The notes under the pieces are model-generated. The model saw only the letters and a program-made list of their open reading frames with translations, did not search any database and was not told the origin of the DNA. The translations under genes and the position numbers were made by a program. 64,000 nucleotides of DNA from Amoebophrya sp. A120 (Eukaryota; Protista; Dinoflagellata), in contig CAJINV010000010.1 in the NCBI GenBank assembly GCA_905178155.1, positions 1,881,182 through 1,945,181 on the forward strand, written 5' to 3'. Shown in pieces: positions 38,401-50,543 of the stretch. Within the stretch, counting starts at the first letter, position 1. Each line of letters begins with the position of its first letter.

Positions 38401-41400
38401 CATGCTGTGCATGACAAATTTTGTCGCGTTTTGTGATGCGTCGCTGCGTCACAGATTCCGTTAACGCTAACTACACTTTTTTCTGTGATACATTCCAGGA
38501 TCCGCTCACACCCCTCCTGGTCGTTCTCGACCAGAAGGTGCGTAACCCCGTTCGGACACATCACCTGCGGGCCGCCCAGCTGGTCTTGCGACGTGTACAC
38601 CTGTCTCCCCAGGAGCTTGTTCAGTGCGGAGAAGCCGGTCAAGATCATCGGTCCGTGTCTCTGCTGGATGATTCGACTGGACAACCGGTTCACGTACGCG
38701 CCAATCCCGACGGACCTGCCCGTTACGTAGGAGAGGGTAAAGGTCTCCTGATACGCCCGGGAGGTTTCGTATCCTATGTAAAAACGTCCCCACCGCATAG
38801 TCAAGATGGGGAAGCGGCTAGACAAGTCCACAAGTTTTTGGCTGTTTTGCATGACAAATGTGGACTCGCAGTGTAGTGCTGTTTCATGTAGTTCAGCAGC
38901 ATCACAGATCTAGCATATAACGCTGCTTGGCGCATCACAAATCCCAAAACACCTGCAGAAAATGCTTCTCATGGGGCTCCGCATGACAAACATTTTGAGC
39001 ATGCAGATTTGCATGACAACGCTGGGGTGGGGACGTTTTTACACAGGATATTTCGCCCGCGATCATGGCGGAGCCTTTCAGATTCTCCACGCCGATTCCC
39101 GATCCGCCGATAATAGCGTTGATTTTGTATTTGGTGATCTCGGTCTTTGTGGTGCTATATCCTGTGCAAAAGTATCGTACTCGTAGTAATTGCATTTATG
39201 CATTACAAATCTGGTTCCCAAGGCAAATCAGCATGACAAATTCCATTTTTCATGCTGAGCGAATTTGTATTGCGATTACTACTAGTACGATACTTTTGCA
39301 ATTCATATGCTATCTTGCTCCACAATCTTCTCCACCACCACGTCGTTTTTATGCTTCTCATACCCCTCCTCATCCAGCCACCAGTACTCAAACCCGGACG
39401 GTAAGTGGTGGTGCGAGGTCTCCGCGCTCGGGGTGACGGTGAAGTGCGGTTTCACGGAATTTTCCAAGTTATCCACCATGCCCACTCTTGCACCGGAGTT
39501 GGACGCAATGTAGACGAAGGGGAGGCCCGTTTTTCGAGCAAATTCCGCGGCTTGCTTGTACATGAGGTCCTCTTTCACGCCGAAGGAACCCGCTTTATGC
39601 GTGATGTCGTTGGCGACTAAGACGATGAATCTTCCGTCTGGGAACTCCTGCGTTTTCAAGTGCGCGATCCAGCAAATCATCCCGATCTCGTTATTTGCAA
39701 TGGGCCGGTTCGTTGGGTGCAGTTGGTGCTTCTTCAACAGATCCCTGATTGGGGTCGTGGTGTCGTCTTGGAAAGACGAGGAAGTGCTGTTCAAACCGGC
39801 TCCAGCACCAAAAGCCGGCGGCGACAACGTTTCCGCGGGAGACGGATCATTGGAATTCGAGTTCAACACATGCACGGCCGCTTGGTGACTGGAACTTCTT
39901 CTCGGAATCGCCTGCGCAAGAAGATTTCTACTCAGCAAATTTTGGGCGTCCTGGCTGATCGCAGTAGCTGCGTTTCCTCCCCCACCGGCGACGGAGGAAA
40001 AAGTTGGGCTGGAGGCGATTGCTCCAGTGCCCGTTTGAGAATTTATTCCCTGCTTCAGCTTCTTGTACTCCTCATCGGCAATGATTTCGATCACGGTGAA
40101 GGACCCGACGCCGGAATTGATAATATCGGTCGCGTATCCTGTGCAAAAGTATCGCACTCGTATAAAAAATGCAAGTCTTGCATTACAAATTTTTTTCTTA
40201 AGGTAAATCCGCATGACAAATTTTATTTCTCATGCTGGGAAAATTTGTAATGCATTTATACGAGTACGATACTTTTGCACTTCCATATCGCGCCGACGCT
40301 AGTGGTCCCGCCCCGATGGTCGCCGGCGTTCAGTTGTGCAGCAGAAGTAGAATTATACCCCTTTGTCATGTTCAACAGCGCCATTTTCAGGAGATGCGGA
40401 AAGTCGTAGACGTAAGTGGATCCAGCCTGGTGCGCGACCGTTCTCTTCTTCGAGATCGCTTGCTCCAGGGACTTCTGCGAAGACTGGTTCTCGTCGGCGT
40501 TCAAGTTGGGGGCGTTCATCATGCCTGACACCAAGTGTGCCAAATCGACCGATCGGGTCACTTATGCATGGCAAAAGTAGCGCACACGTACTAATTGCAG
40601 ATATGCAATGACAAATCTGTTTCCGAGGGTAAACTGCCATGACAGACTCCATTTTTCATGCTGAGCAAAGTTGTAACGCAGTTTCTACTAGTGCGTTACC
40701 TTTGCAATGCATATGACTTCCCCGGTCAACGGGTTCAAGTACTCCAAATACGCCTTCGGCTGCAAGTACTCGGCTTCCGAACTCGCCACCATGCGGAGGT
40801 TCTCGCCCGAGACTAGCCTTAATTTGAATTCCACGGTATCCACCCGGTATTTCAGCAGCGCCTTCACAAACCCGGACAGCGAACTCAAAATCGACGCTTC
40901 GTAGCCCCGCATTACCACAGACGGCGAAAACGCCAGTCGGGTCATCACGTTGATGAAGATTTTCGCCGGGATTTGTTGATTTCCCGAACTCATGGTGACT
41001 CTCTTGTCCATCCGCGCTCTTGCCAGCTCGTCCAACGCGTGGGTTAGCGGGATTTCGACCGGGAGGAAGAATTATCAAATGCACAAATGTCTGGGTCTGG
41101 AAGGTTGGAACTTGTGATGCTATTTCCGGACTCTAAAAAAATCTGTACTGCATGACCAGCAAGAGGGGTCTAGTTTGTGCTACGCGGGGAGGGCGTTTGT
41201 CATGCGAAGTAGGCATCAGGAAGCCCTCTAAAAATCTGTGATGCTAGGCCGTGCATTACAAACAACCTGGGTCATGCAAAACATGCATGACAAGTTTCAG
41301 AATCTTCCAGACCCAGACATTTTTGCATTTGATAAGAATTCCGTCTCATCGGTCAGGGGGAGTTGGAGTTGCCCGGATAATTGCTGCCCGGTCCCACGGT

Positions 41401-44400
41401 AGTTGTCATAGGAAACAGCGCGGATCTCCAGGTAGTTTTTGTTCAGCAAAGCCATGCAGTGAGCCGAGATTTCCGGACCGATTCTTTGCGGGATGTTGTT
41501 GCGCAGTTGGTCCGTGATTTCGAGCAGGTGGCCGAATGTTGGCCGGAGATTGCGGACCAGAACGTCTTCTGCGAAAAAGTAGAACTGCGGTTGCTGCTGG
41601 ATAGGAGAAATACCCGTTTGCTGCGGCACAACTGCGGCGGTCGTTGCAGTTGCACCACTCGTAGCTGGTAAATTTCTCCCCAAACTCTGGCGGTTCAAGA
41701 ATTGGTAGCTTTCGTACGCACCACCGCCCGTCCAGGTTAAGGAAATCCGGTGCAATTCCACGTATTCCGACCCGGTCAACTGCGAGCCCTTGTTGTTCAA
41801 CTCTGTCAAGAGCATCTCCGCGATCTCCTGGGTGGTGCCATTCATTGACTCACACCTCTCCGACGCGTAGAGGATCCACAGATCGTGCAGAACCGGCAAG
41901 GGCGCGGTTTCGAGCGAGTACTGATCCGCGACGAAGTTGCTCATGGAAGGGGATGCGCGGAGATGAGAAGACGTCCTCTGCGGGATTTGATTCGTACTGT
42001 TGCTGTTAATATTCCCAGTGCTTGAAGATCCACCTATCGCTGCCTGCTGAATGCTCATCTGCGCTAACTCCGACAAGTATTGCGGCTTGAGCAACTTCTT
42101 CATCTCGGACACTGATTGAACCACCACCACCAAACCATTGCAGGCCGGAATGAAGGACCCGAAACCGGAAAAACTGTTCCCCACGCCCGGAAAGCGGAAC
42201 TTCCAGCCCCTTGCGGAAGTGAACACTTTCTGGGTCTGGTGCATGGAAGATGAGTTGTACTGCTGCTGGTGTGCGCTTACTGTTCCCAAAGTGTTGTTGT
42301 ACTGGTTCTATGAACTGCAAAAGTATCGTACTCGTGCAAATGCATTACAAATTTCCTCAGCGTGAGAGATAAAATTTGTCATGCGGATTTACCTTAAGAA
42401 AAAGATTTGTAATTCAAGACTTGCATTTATACGAGTACGAAACTACTTTTGCACAGGATAGGTTCAAACTCACGCCGGAATTGCTCGCCGTGTCATTTGA
42501 CAAAGTCCGGTGGTCCGGTATGGAAGTGTCAGGATTGAAATCTTCAAAGTTGAACTAGTTTGCGATGCATAAAATGCAACACACAAAGTGCCTGTCTTGC
42601 AACGTAGGCAAGTGAGGCAGATTGTAAGCCTGTTGAGGGGTAAAAAAAGAGATGCTAAAGTAGCATGACAAAGGGCGTTTTCCTTACCCAGACAGCATGA
42701 CAAACTGGATTTAGACTCTTCCTAAATTTGTCATGCGCCACTTGAAAACTGGCCGCCAACTGCTATCGGTTTTATGCATGACAAACTATTTCAACTTTGA
42801 CGATTTCAATCCTGACACATCCATATCCAGCAACGGTGAGTTATTGTCCCGATCCCCGCCCCGGCTGGAGCCCCCGCCGCCCCCGCCACCCAGCGGGCTG
42901 TTCATGGTAGAGGTTGTGGTTGTCGGGAACATCAAATTTGCGTTCGGGTATTCCAAATAATCCAATTCCGGCCCAACCTGCAGCCCCTCGTAACCCCTAA
43001 AAGTCCGGTAGATCAGCAATTCCAGGGCTTGCGACCGGAGCTTTTCCCGTTCGAAGTTCGTTTGCACGCCGAGAAAGCCGCCGAAGGAGCTTCCTGCAGC
43101 ACCTTGGTGGTATAGATGTGTCAGAGTTGAAATCGACAAAGTTGAAATCGAAATGATTTGCCATGCATAAAATGGATGCCAGTTGGAACCCAGTTTCCAA
43201 GCAGCGCATGACAAATTTTGGCGGTGCCTGAATCCAGTTTGTAATGCTGTTTAGGCAAAGAAGACTGATTCTCTCATGCTGCCTCAGCAGCTCGACTTAT
43301 AACCCCAAACAGGCTGACAATCGGCCTCATTTGCCTGCTCTGCAACACACGTATTTCGCGCCATGCATTTTATGCATGACAAATCATTTCAACTTTGTCG
43401 ATTTCAAACCTGACACTTCCATAGGACGGCGCTTCCGAGTATCGGGTCGAGGTGGACTACCTTCGGTGGCGATAGCAAATATGCAATACAAATTTACTGT
43501 ACATGTACAACGTGCATCACAAATTCCCCCCACTTGCAGCATGGAACTTGTCATGCTACATAGGATTGTAAAGAAAATCTGTCATGCAGAGCCAGCATTG
43601 GTACGTGTACGGGAAACTTACTATGGATAACAAATGGATCAAGTTCATCAGCGTCTTCGACTGCGGGGCGGAAGTTAAATTCGCCGTGTCCGCGTTAATC
43701 CCGCCCGCACCGAGAGAATTCCGTCCGCTGTTCGATCCGGACCTGACGTAAGAGGTGGAGCCAGCGGAAGAGATGTCCTCGATCCATTCCTTTCCCTGCT
43801 GCACCGTGTTCAGGTTCACATACGTCCTCGCGTTTTCCCTCAGTATCCTCAGGAAATTTTCCGCACACGTCCAAATGTGGTTTCCGCATGACAAACTTTT
43901 CCTTCAACGCTCTGCAGCATGACGAATTACTTCTTCCAAGTTGGTGAAACTAGATATGTGATGCATTTTGTAGATGTAGTACGGAAAATTTGTATTGCAT
44001 ACTCAACAACCTCGTGCACTTCAGCCCTAGTTCGCCGTACCGCTCAGACAAATTCTCCGCGAAGGACTGGATCGTCTGCTTCCTATGCACTGCAAAAGTA
44101 TCGCAGAAGTACTAAAATTGCAGGCATGCATTACAAATCTAGGTTGTTAAGGTAAATCCGCATTACAAATTCAATTTGTAATGCTGAGATAATTTGTATT
44201 GCAATTTCTACTAGCACGATACTTTTGCAGTTCATACTTCCCGAGGATCAGTAACTTCGAATCAAACTTTTGCAGAATCTCCAAGGCGACCGACAAACGG
44301 GAGTGGAGTTGGGATTTTGCGAAGAAAATTTTGTAGATTTTGTCGATGGTAAGGTCGGGGTTGTCGTCTCGTATCATCTGGTGGAGGACTTGCTCGTTGC

Positions 44401-47400
44401 TTATGTTCAACACCTGGTTTATTTGACCACTCTGCGATGTCATGGGAAGGAAATACCGCTCGGTCTTCAAAAAATCCTGAAGTAACTGCAACCCTTCCTC
44501 CACGGTCTCGGGTAATCGCAGTTTTCCGTACCTCGGGTACCCCTGCAGTACCGCCGCGGCGTCTTGGAAAGTTGGAACGTCCTCGCCCGTGGCAAAAAGT
44601 TTTCTCCCCTCGGAAATTTCCGACCACTTTTTGATAGTGACGGCAGGGCCCTGATGAAGTGCGGATTTTGATGATTGTTTTGTTTGATTTACCATGATGA
44701 CCCTTTTTATCAGGTCAAGATATGCATGCCGCAATGAATGTCAACGCCCTCCTCGTGGCGCCGTCTAGTTGTCAAATAGTAGGCGCCATGCAATAAACCA
44801 AAGGGCTTCAGCACCAATTTAGTTCCTTTAGAGTCACAAATTCTATACCTGTCCCGCCAATTCCATCTTGAGCAGCAAATCTCCCGCCCCAACCACGGCG
44901 TTGCTGGTTCCGATCAATTTTTCGACCTTCCCCGCAAACCTCGCCTTCACCGGCACGATCATCTTCATCGCCTCCAATTCGCAGCACACCTGCCCCTCGG
45001 CGATCTCATCCCCTTCGGCGACGAGAAAGCGGATCAGCCTCCCCTGTACGTCCGACCGCAGCTCCGACGGGTCCGTCGCGTTCGGAATGAAAACCTCGTA
45101 GCCAGACATGGCCCCAATCCGTAGCCGCATCCCCGTCAACTCCGACGTGGAGACGATTTTCGTCGACGGGGTCACAATTTTCCCACAAATTGCGCGGATA
45201 AAAACCGCGTTCTGGTGCGGCTTCGTCTGGATGATACATTCGGAATTGTCGTCCTTACACCGACAACAATACCGGTGCTCCGCGATCCGGGTGATGTGAA
45301 AGGTGTACTTCACCTGGTCCCAGACGACAATCACCTCGGGTATGGAAGCGTCAGGATTGAAATCGACAAAGTTGAAATAATTTGTGATGCATAAAACGGA
45401 TACCAGTTGGCGCCTAGTCTCCAAGTGGCGCATGACAAATTTGGGTAGAGCCGAAATCCAGTGCGTCATGCTGTTTGGGTAAGGAAGACGCCTTTTGTCA
45501 TGCTACTTCAGCAGCTCAGTCTCTACCCCTCAACAGGCTGACAATCTGCCTCCCTTGCCTACTCTGCAAGACAGGCACTCTGTGGGTTGCATTTTATGCA
45601 TCACAAACTATTTCAACTTTGTCGATTTCGATCCTGACACACCCATATCGGGGAAGCTGTAGGTTTGGAGGAAACTGTGGACCAGCTGGCCCTTCTGCAA
45701 CGTGTCCTGAAACTGCTCCTGGGCTTCCTTATCCTGTGCAAAAGTATCGTACTCGTAGTCATTGCGATCATGCATGACAAATATCCCTTTTTAGGTAAAT
45801 CAGCATTACAAATTCCATTTTTCTTCTTGAGAAAATTTGTGATGCAATTTGTACTAGTACGATACTTTTGCAATGTTGCATATTCCTTGCTCATCTGCAA
45901 CGCTTTCGCCACCGCGCAGTACAGAATGAAGTCCTCGCAATTCAGAATTTGGGATAGCGAATCAAACTGATTCTGTATCAAAAGGACAAATCCCCCCTCC
46001 CCATATCGAAAAGGAAATCTGTGAAGCTGGATTTGCGTACACAAATCAGATTTGTCTTGCAATAGAGGACTGCACGCAGATCGCAAGCCTAGATGGGGGC
46101 CTTTTGGTGTAGGCACCTAGGACGGCAGGCGTCTGCCGTGTAGGCCTCAAAGCATTACAAATCGCCCGCATAGTGTGGCAGAGAGCCTGGCTTTGCCTTC
46201 TAGCAAGACAGACAGGATGTGTGGTCACAAATCTGCATCACAAATTTTCAGAAGATACGTTTTCAATATGGGGAGGGGGGATTTGCCCTTGCAATATTCT
46301 GCCCCGCGGCGTTCACCAACTGGTTCTGTCTGGACTTCGTTTTCGCGTACTGCACCAGTCTGCTGTTGCTCGCTTGTTGCAAATTCGTACCTCCGGAAGC
46401 CCTCGGACTGGCCCCCGGCTGCTGGAGGTTATTAACCGATTGAGTATCCACCGAGTCGCCCCACGCGACGGAAGACACCCGGCCGTCGTCGGAGTAGGCG
46501 CAGCTATCCTTTCCGTAAAAGTCCTCGTTGAGAGAGGACGTTGCGGTCAGCATTCCCGGGATGGTCTGGACCAACCTCGCGATTTCCTTGTTTTGAATCA
46601 GTCCGTCCAGCCACGCGGTGTCCACCTGGTTGTCAACAAACCTGTTTAGCCTCAACAGCTTCGGCAAAACGTCCACCGTGTTCCGGATGTCCCCTTCCAC
46701 GTGCAAATGCCCGAGGGAGATGATCAACGCCTTCCGCGCCTGCTCCCGCGTTTGCCCGATGCTGAAAATGTGGCCGAATTGGCTGTCTGCGAACTCGTGG
46801 ACCGCACCGGGCGTGGCGACGGAGAAGTATCCCCAGACGGACTCGTGCGTTGGCGCGAAGTCGATATGCAGTGGAAAAGTATCGTGCGTAGCAGTATACT
46901 GCAATACAAATTAGCGCAGAATGAGGAATGGAATTTGTCATGCTGATTTAGCTCGAAAAAGAGATCTGTCATGCATGTCTGCAGCTAGTACAACTACGAC
47001 TACGATACTTTTGCAGTGCATAGTCGATCTTCCGGATGTTTCCGCTGCAGGGGAGAAACCCGTCCTCCGGGTTTTCCGCCGTGATGCGCGCGGCGATGCA
47101 GTGAGAATACATGGGGACTTTCCTCGTGAAGTCCAGCTCCTTGATGTAGTTGCTTGTTGTTTCGCCTTGTCCACCGTCTTTGTTTTGTTCCTCGATTCCG
47201 CGAAGAAAGTACCTCCTGATGTCCGTATGCATTGCAAATTTGTCTGGGTCTGGAAGATGAGTGCAGGGTTTGTCATGCTTGTCTGGCATGACTGTTAACT
47301 CTGTGATGCTTAGGAGCGAAAAGATGATCCTCTCGCCTGTCATGCAAAAATGGAGCCTGCCATGCGGAATACGCAACACGCAGGAGCTCAAAAACTTGTC

Positions 47401-49598
47401 ATGCTTGGTTACCTATTGCAGTACGCTCAATATTTAGAGACTTGCATCACAAGTTTCCAGACATCCAGGCATATTTGCTTTTGATAGTCTGGAATATCGT
47501 GCAACGCCACCCCCATCCCGATCTGGAGCTGCGCGGCCGGTATGTTTACCCCCGTGATGCACTCTGTCACTGGGTGCTCCACTTGCAGCCGCGGGTTCAG
47601 TTCCAGAAAGTAAGCTTCTTTGCGCTTCGGGTCGTACAGGTATTCCACCGTGCCGGCGCCTCGGTACCCAACTTGCCTCGCCAACCGGCAGGTATGGTGT
47701 GAAGAAATATCGCACTCGTACTAATTGCAAATATGCATGGCAAATCTATACTCCTAAGGTAAAACAGCATGACAAACTCCACTTTTCTTCTTGCCAAATA
47801 AATTTGTAATGCAATTCATACGTAGCACGATACATTTGCAATGCATAGCAGGCCGCCAGCTGCATCTCGTGAAACACGTCCGGGTCCGCGACCGTCGGTG
47901 GACCCTCCTCAAAGATCTTCTGAAACCTGCGCTGCGTGTATTACAGTGCACAACTACTCCTCTCCACTCAGTTGCCATGCAAAACCCCGAATCCAGGCTG
48001 TGCCTCTTGGCAATGTTTGCATGACAAGTTCTAGTAGCCCAAATAGCACGACACTCCAGTGTAAACTTGTCATGCAAAACCTGCATTCTTGCCCACGCTT
48101 GTATTGCCGTTCATGCTATACAAATGAGAAGGAGGAAAAGTTGTGCACTGTGGTCATAGCGTGGAGCAATCCCTCCCCGACAAGGCACACACGTTCCCGT
48201 GCTCGTCGCCCAATAGTTGCACCTCCAAGTGGCACGCGCCGGAGCTGTACTTCATAATGAAAATCGGGGAATTCACCACCTTATCCTATGCAAAAGTATC
48301 GCATTCGTATGTATAAATGCAAGTCTTACAACATTACATTTTTTTTCCTCAAGGTAGACCCGCATTACAAATTTTATTTCTCATGCTGAGGAAATTTGTA
48401 ATGCATTTATACGAGTACGATACTTTTGCGATTCATACACCTCCATCTGGCACAGCGCGTAGTTGTTCTTCACATCTTGGCTGTTCTCGCATTTCCGGAT
48501 TCCCTTCCCGCCCCCGCCCTCCGACGCTTTCAGCATCACCGGGTAGCCGATGCGGTTCGCCTGCTCGACCGCTTCTTCCACCGTCTGGCAACAGGCTTTT
48601 TCGAACAGTTCGTCCAAGTCGTCGAAGGTTTTCAACTGTTTCGACTTCAAGCCGTCACCGGACCAGGGGATGCAGGGAACTTCCGCGGTCTGTGCCATGA
48701 TGTTCGCGTAGATTTTGTCCCCCAGAAGCCGCATCACCCTCGGTTGCGGCCCGAGAAACACGATTCCTAATTTCTCCAGCGCCTCTGGGAGCTCCGGCTT
48801 TTCGCTGGCGTGGCCCCAGCCAGGCCAGACTGCGTCGCATTTCTCTTGGACGGCCACTTTGCAAATCAGGTCGACGTTGGCGTAATTGTTCAGGTTCTTA
48901 CCTGATACAGTTTGTAATTGTAAGATTGCAGCTTTGATGTAGTTATTTTTCATGCTATAATCTGCATCAGAAAACAGGTCTGTCATGCATGCCAAACCAC
49001 CGGACCATCTCCGAACTTTCCGATGATATGAAATCGCAACCGCCATACATGAAAAATAGTACCTCCCGGCACCTCCACAAACGAGTCCACCATTTGCAAA
49101 AACTGCTATGCATTGCAAATGCATCGCGCTAGTACTAGTAGTGTAAATTGCATCACAAATTTCAGCAGGAGGAAAATAATTATGCTGATGTACGTTTACT
49201 AATGACATTTGTCATGCATTAATATAAGTACAATTACTACAATTACGATGCACTTTTGCGAATCATAACTGGGCGTTCGCCGCAATATCTTCCGGCGTGG
49301 CCATCGCGACAAAACTCAAGCACCGATCCAGGTTGGCACGCGTCTTCAGCACCTCCAGCACTTCCCATCTTCGCATGGACCGAATCGCCTTCACCGCAGC
49401 TAAACCATTCGACGCGATCAGAATCCGGGAAATCACCCGCTTCCCCTTCTTTTCGGAGACAATGTAGTTCTGCAGGGCCTGCCTCCGTTGGTCCATCGGC
49501 TCCGGGAGGTCATCCTCGGGGATCACCGTAGTGGAGTGATCCACCAACACCATGGCTTCTTTACTTGTCCGCGGGGAATATACCAGACGCGTGGACAT
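35407..49598 (-). CDS. ACC: Multidomain (homomeric) acetyl-CoA carboxylase; about 27 introner introns plus 2 GT-AG introns
   Basis: BC domain: [86 protein letters not shown]. Biotin site: ELEAMKM. CT domain: [63 protein letters not shown]. Confidence 0.97.
35822..36098. mobile_element. Introner family A in ACC
   Basis: TSD AGGTT; removal restores [14 protein letters not shown]. Confidence 0.9.
36153..36305. mobile_element. Introner family B in ACC
   Basis: TSD CGCCG; removal restores [11 protein letters not shown]. Confidence 0.92.
37377..37629. mobile_element. Introner family A in ACC
   Basis: TSD TTCAA; removal restores [12 protein letters not shown]. Confidence 0.93.
38325..38490. mobile_element. 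Introner family L in ACC
   Basis: Flanks CACTC/CATTC; removal restores ILEWLSFVP. Confidence 0.88.
38770..39050. mobile_element. Introner family D in ACC
   Basis: TSD TTTCG; removal restores MIAGETSRAY. Confidence 0.95.
43480..43629. mobile_element. Introner family I (others 11195-11374, 43844-44001, 57446-57596)
   Basis: TIR TAT.CA...AA.TTT.C.GTACA.GTAC; flanks GCAAA/ACAAA. Confidence 0.82.
44651..44848 (-). other. Probable canonical GT-AG intron in ACC
   Basis: CAG|GTATAG...CATCAG|GGC removes in-frame stops and joins MELAGQ to GPAVTIKKW. Confidence 0.6.
45341..45647. mobile_element. Introner family C in ACC
   Basis: TSD TCGGG. Confidence 0.9.
46865..47022. mobile_element. Introner family B in ACC
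   Basis: TSD GTCGA; removal restores [17 protein letters not shown]. Confidence 0.92.
47939..48158. mobile_element. Introner family G in ACC
   Basis: TSD GCGTG; removal restores RDCSTQRRFQK. Confidence 0.94.
48282..48437. mobile_element. Introner family B in ACC
   Basis: TSD CACCT; removal restores [12 protein letters not shown]. Confidence 0.92.
48902..49062 (-). other. Canonical GT-AG intron in ACC
   Basis: GGAG|GTACTA...TATCAG|GTAAG joins VEVPG to GKNLNNYAN (conserved ACC motif). Confidence 0.85.
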
Positions 49599-50543
49599 AA
49601 TTTTTGAAGCGTAGTTTATTGTTCGGGTCAAAAAATATCAACGGATGTTCTTGAAACAACTTCAGATCGTAGAAAGAAAAACAACTCGACATCTCATCGT
49701 AAAAACTAACTTTCAGAAGGTTCAATTGTTGGAAAGAGACACGACCGTCACTTTTTTTTCCGAAAATGAGACAAAAAAAATGAAGTTCTACTGGTTGCGG
49801 ATACACTAGAACTAGACACCAGCAGTATGATACTCTAGTTCTACAAATCAGGGGCTGAAATAAAAGTAGCTAGCTCTCACTTCATTTTTCTTTTTGCCAC
49901 CTCCCATTATTTGCTTAGCTCTCTCGTCGTCAAGGACAAACAATGTTTGTTGTTGATCATGCCACCTTGCCACACCCCAATAAATTTGCCACATTTCTAC
50001 TTTGATGCCGGCTAGTTTGTTTTTTGGGTTCTTGAACACTTTTCAATGCTACTTCGCCGTGTTTTCTTGCGGTCCCCTTCTAAAATATCCATGACATGTT
50101 GGTATCGCCTTGCTTGATTTATCTTCTCGCTCCAAGAAGCAAGCTGGCAGTTCTACTTACCAAGGTCGACCGAAAGTCTTTAGGAAGGAGTTTAACTGCT
50201 CATTGATCCTTACTGTGGACAAAAGTCGTCTTGTTTTAATTGTGGATCGACAACATTTTTCTGCCGTCAACATCGTCTGCAAGGATGTAAGTCGTTTATC
50301 GTGGCTGCCAAGCGCCAGTCTTGCGACAGGAAGAAGGAAAATATGTAATCACATTTACTCCACATAAGAACTGTCAGAAAGATTTTGAAGATGTACGAGT
50401 ACGTTGATGCTTTATTTTTCTTCAATTTACTTATTACTTCAAGTGTAAGTGTGGGGACCACCAGCTCAGGGAAAAATATCTGCCGCAACTGTAGTACTTG
50501 CACATGTTTTGTAGTACTGCAACCGCTAGTACCGCGACCGCCA

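Noticed and set aside
35407-49598. ACC as a transposon-riddled pseudogene
   Set aside because: Checked junctions restore frame and conserved motifs, and no stop or frameshift was noticed in the exons examined.
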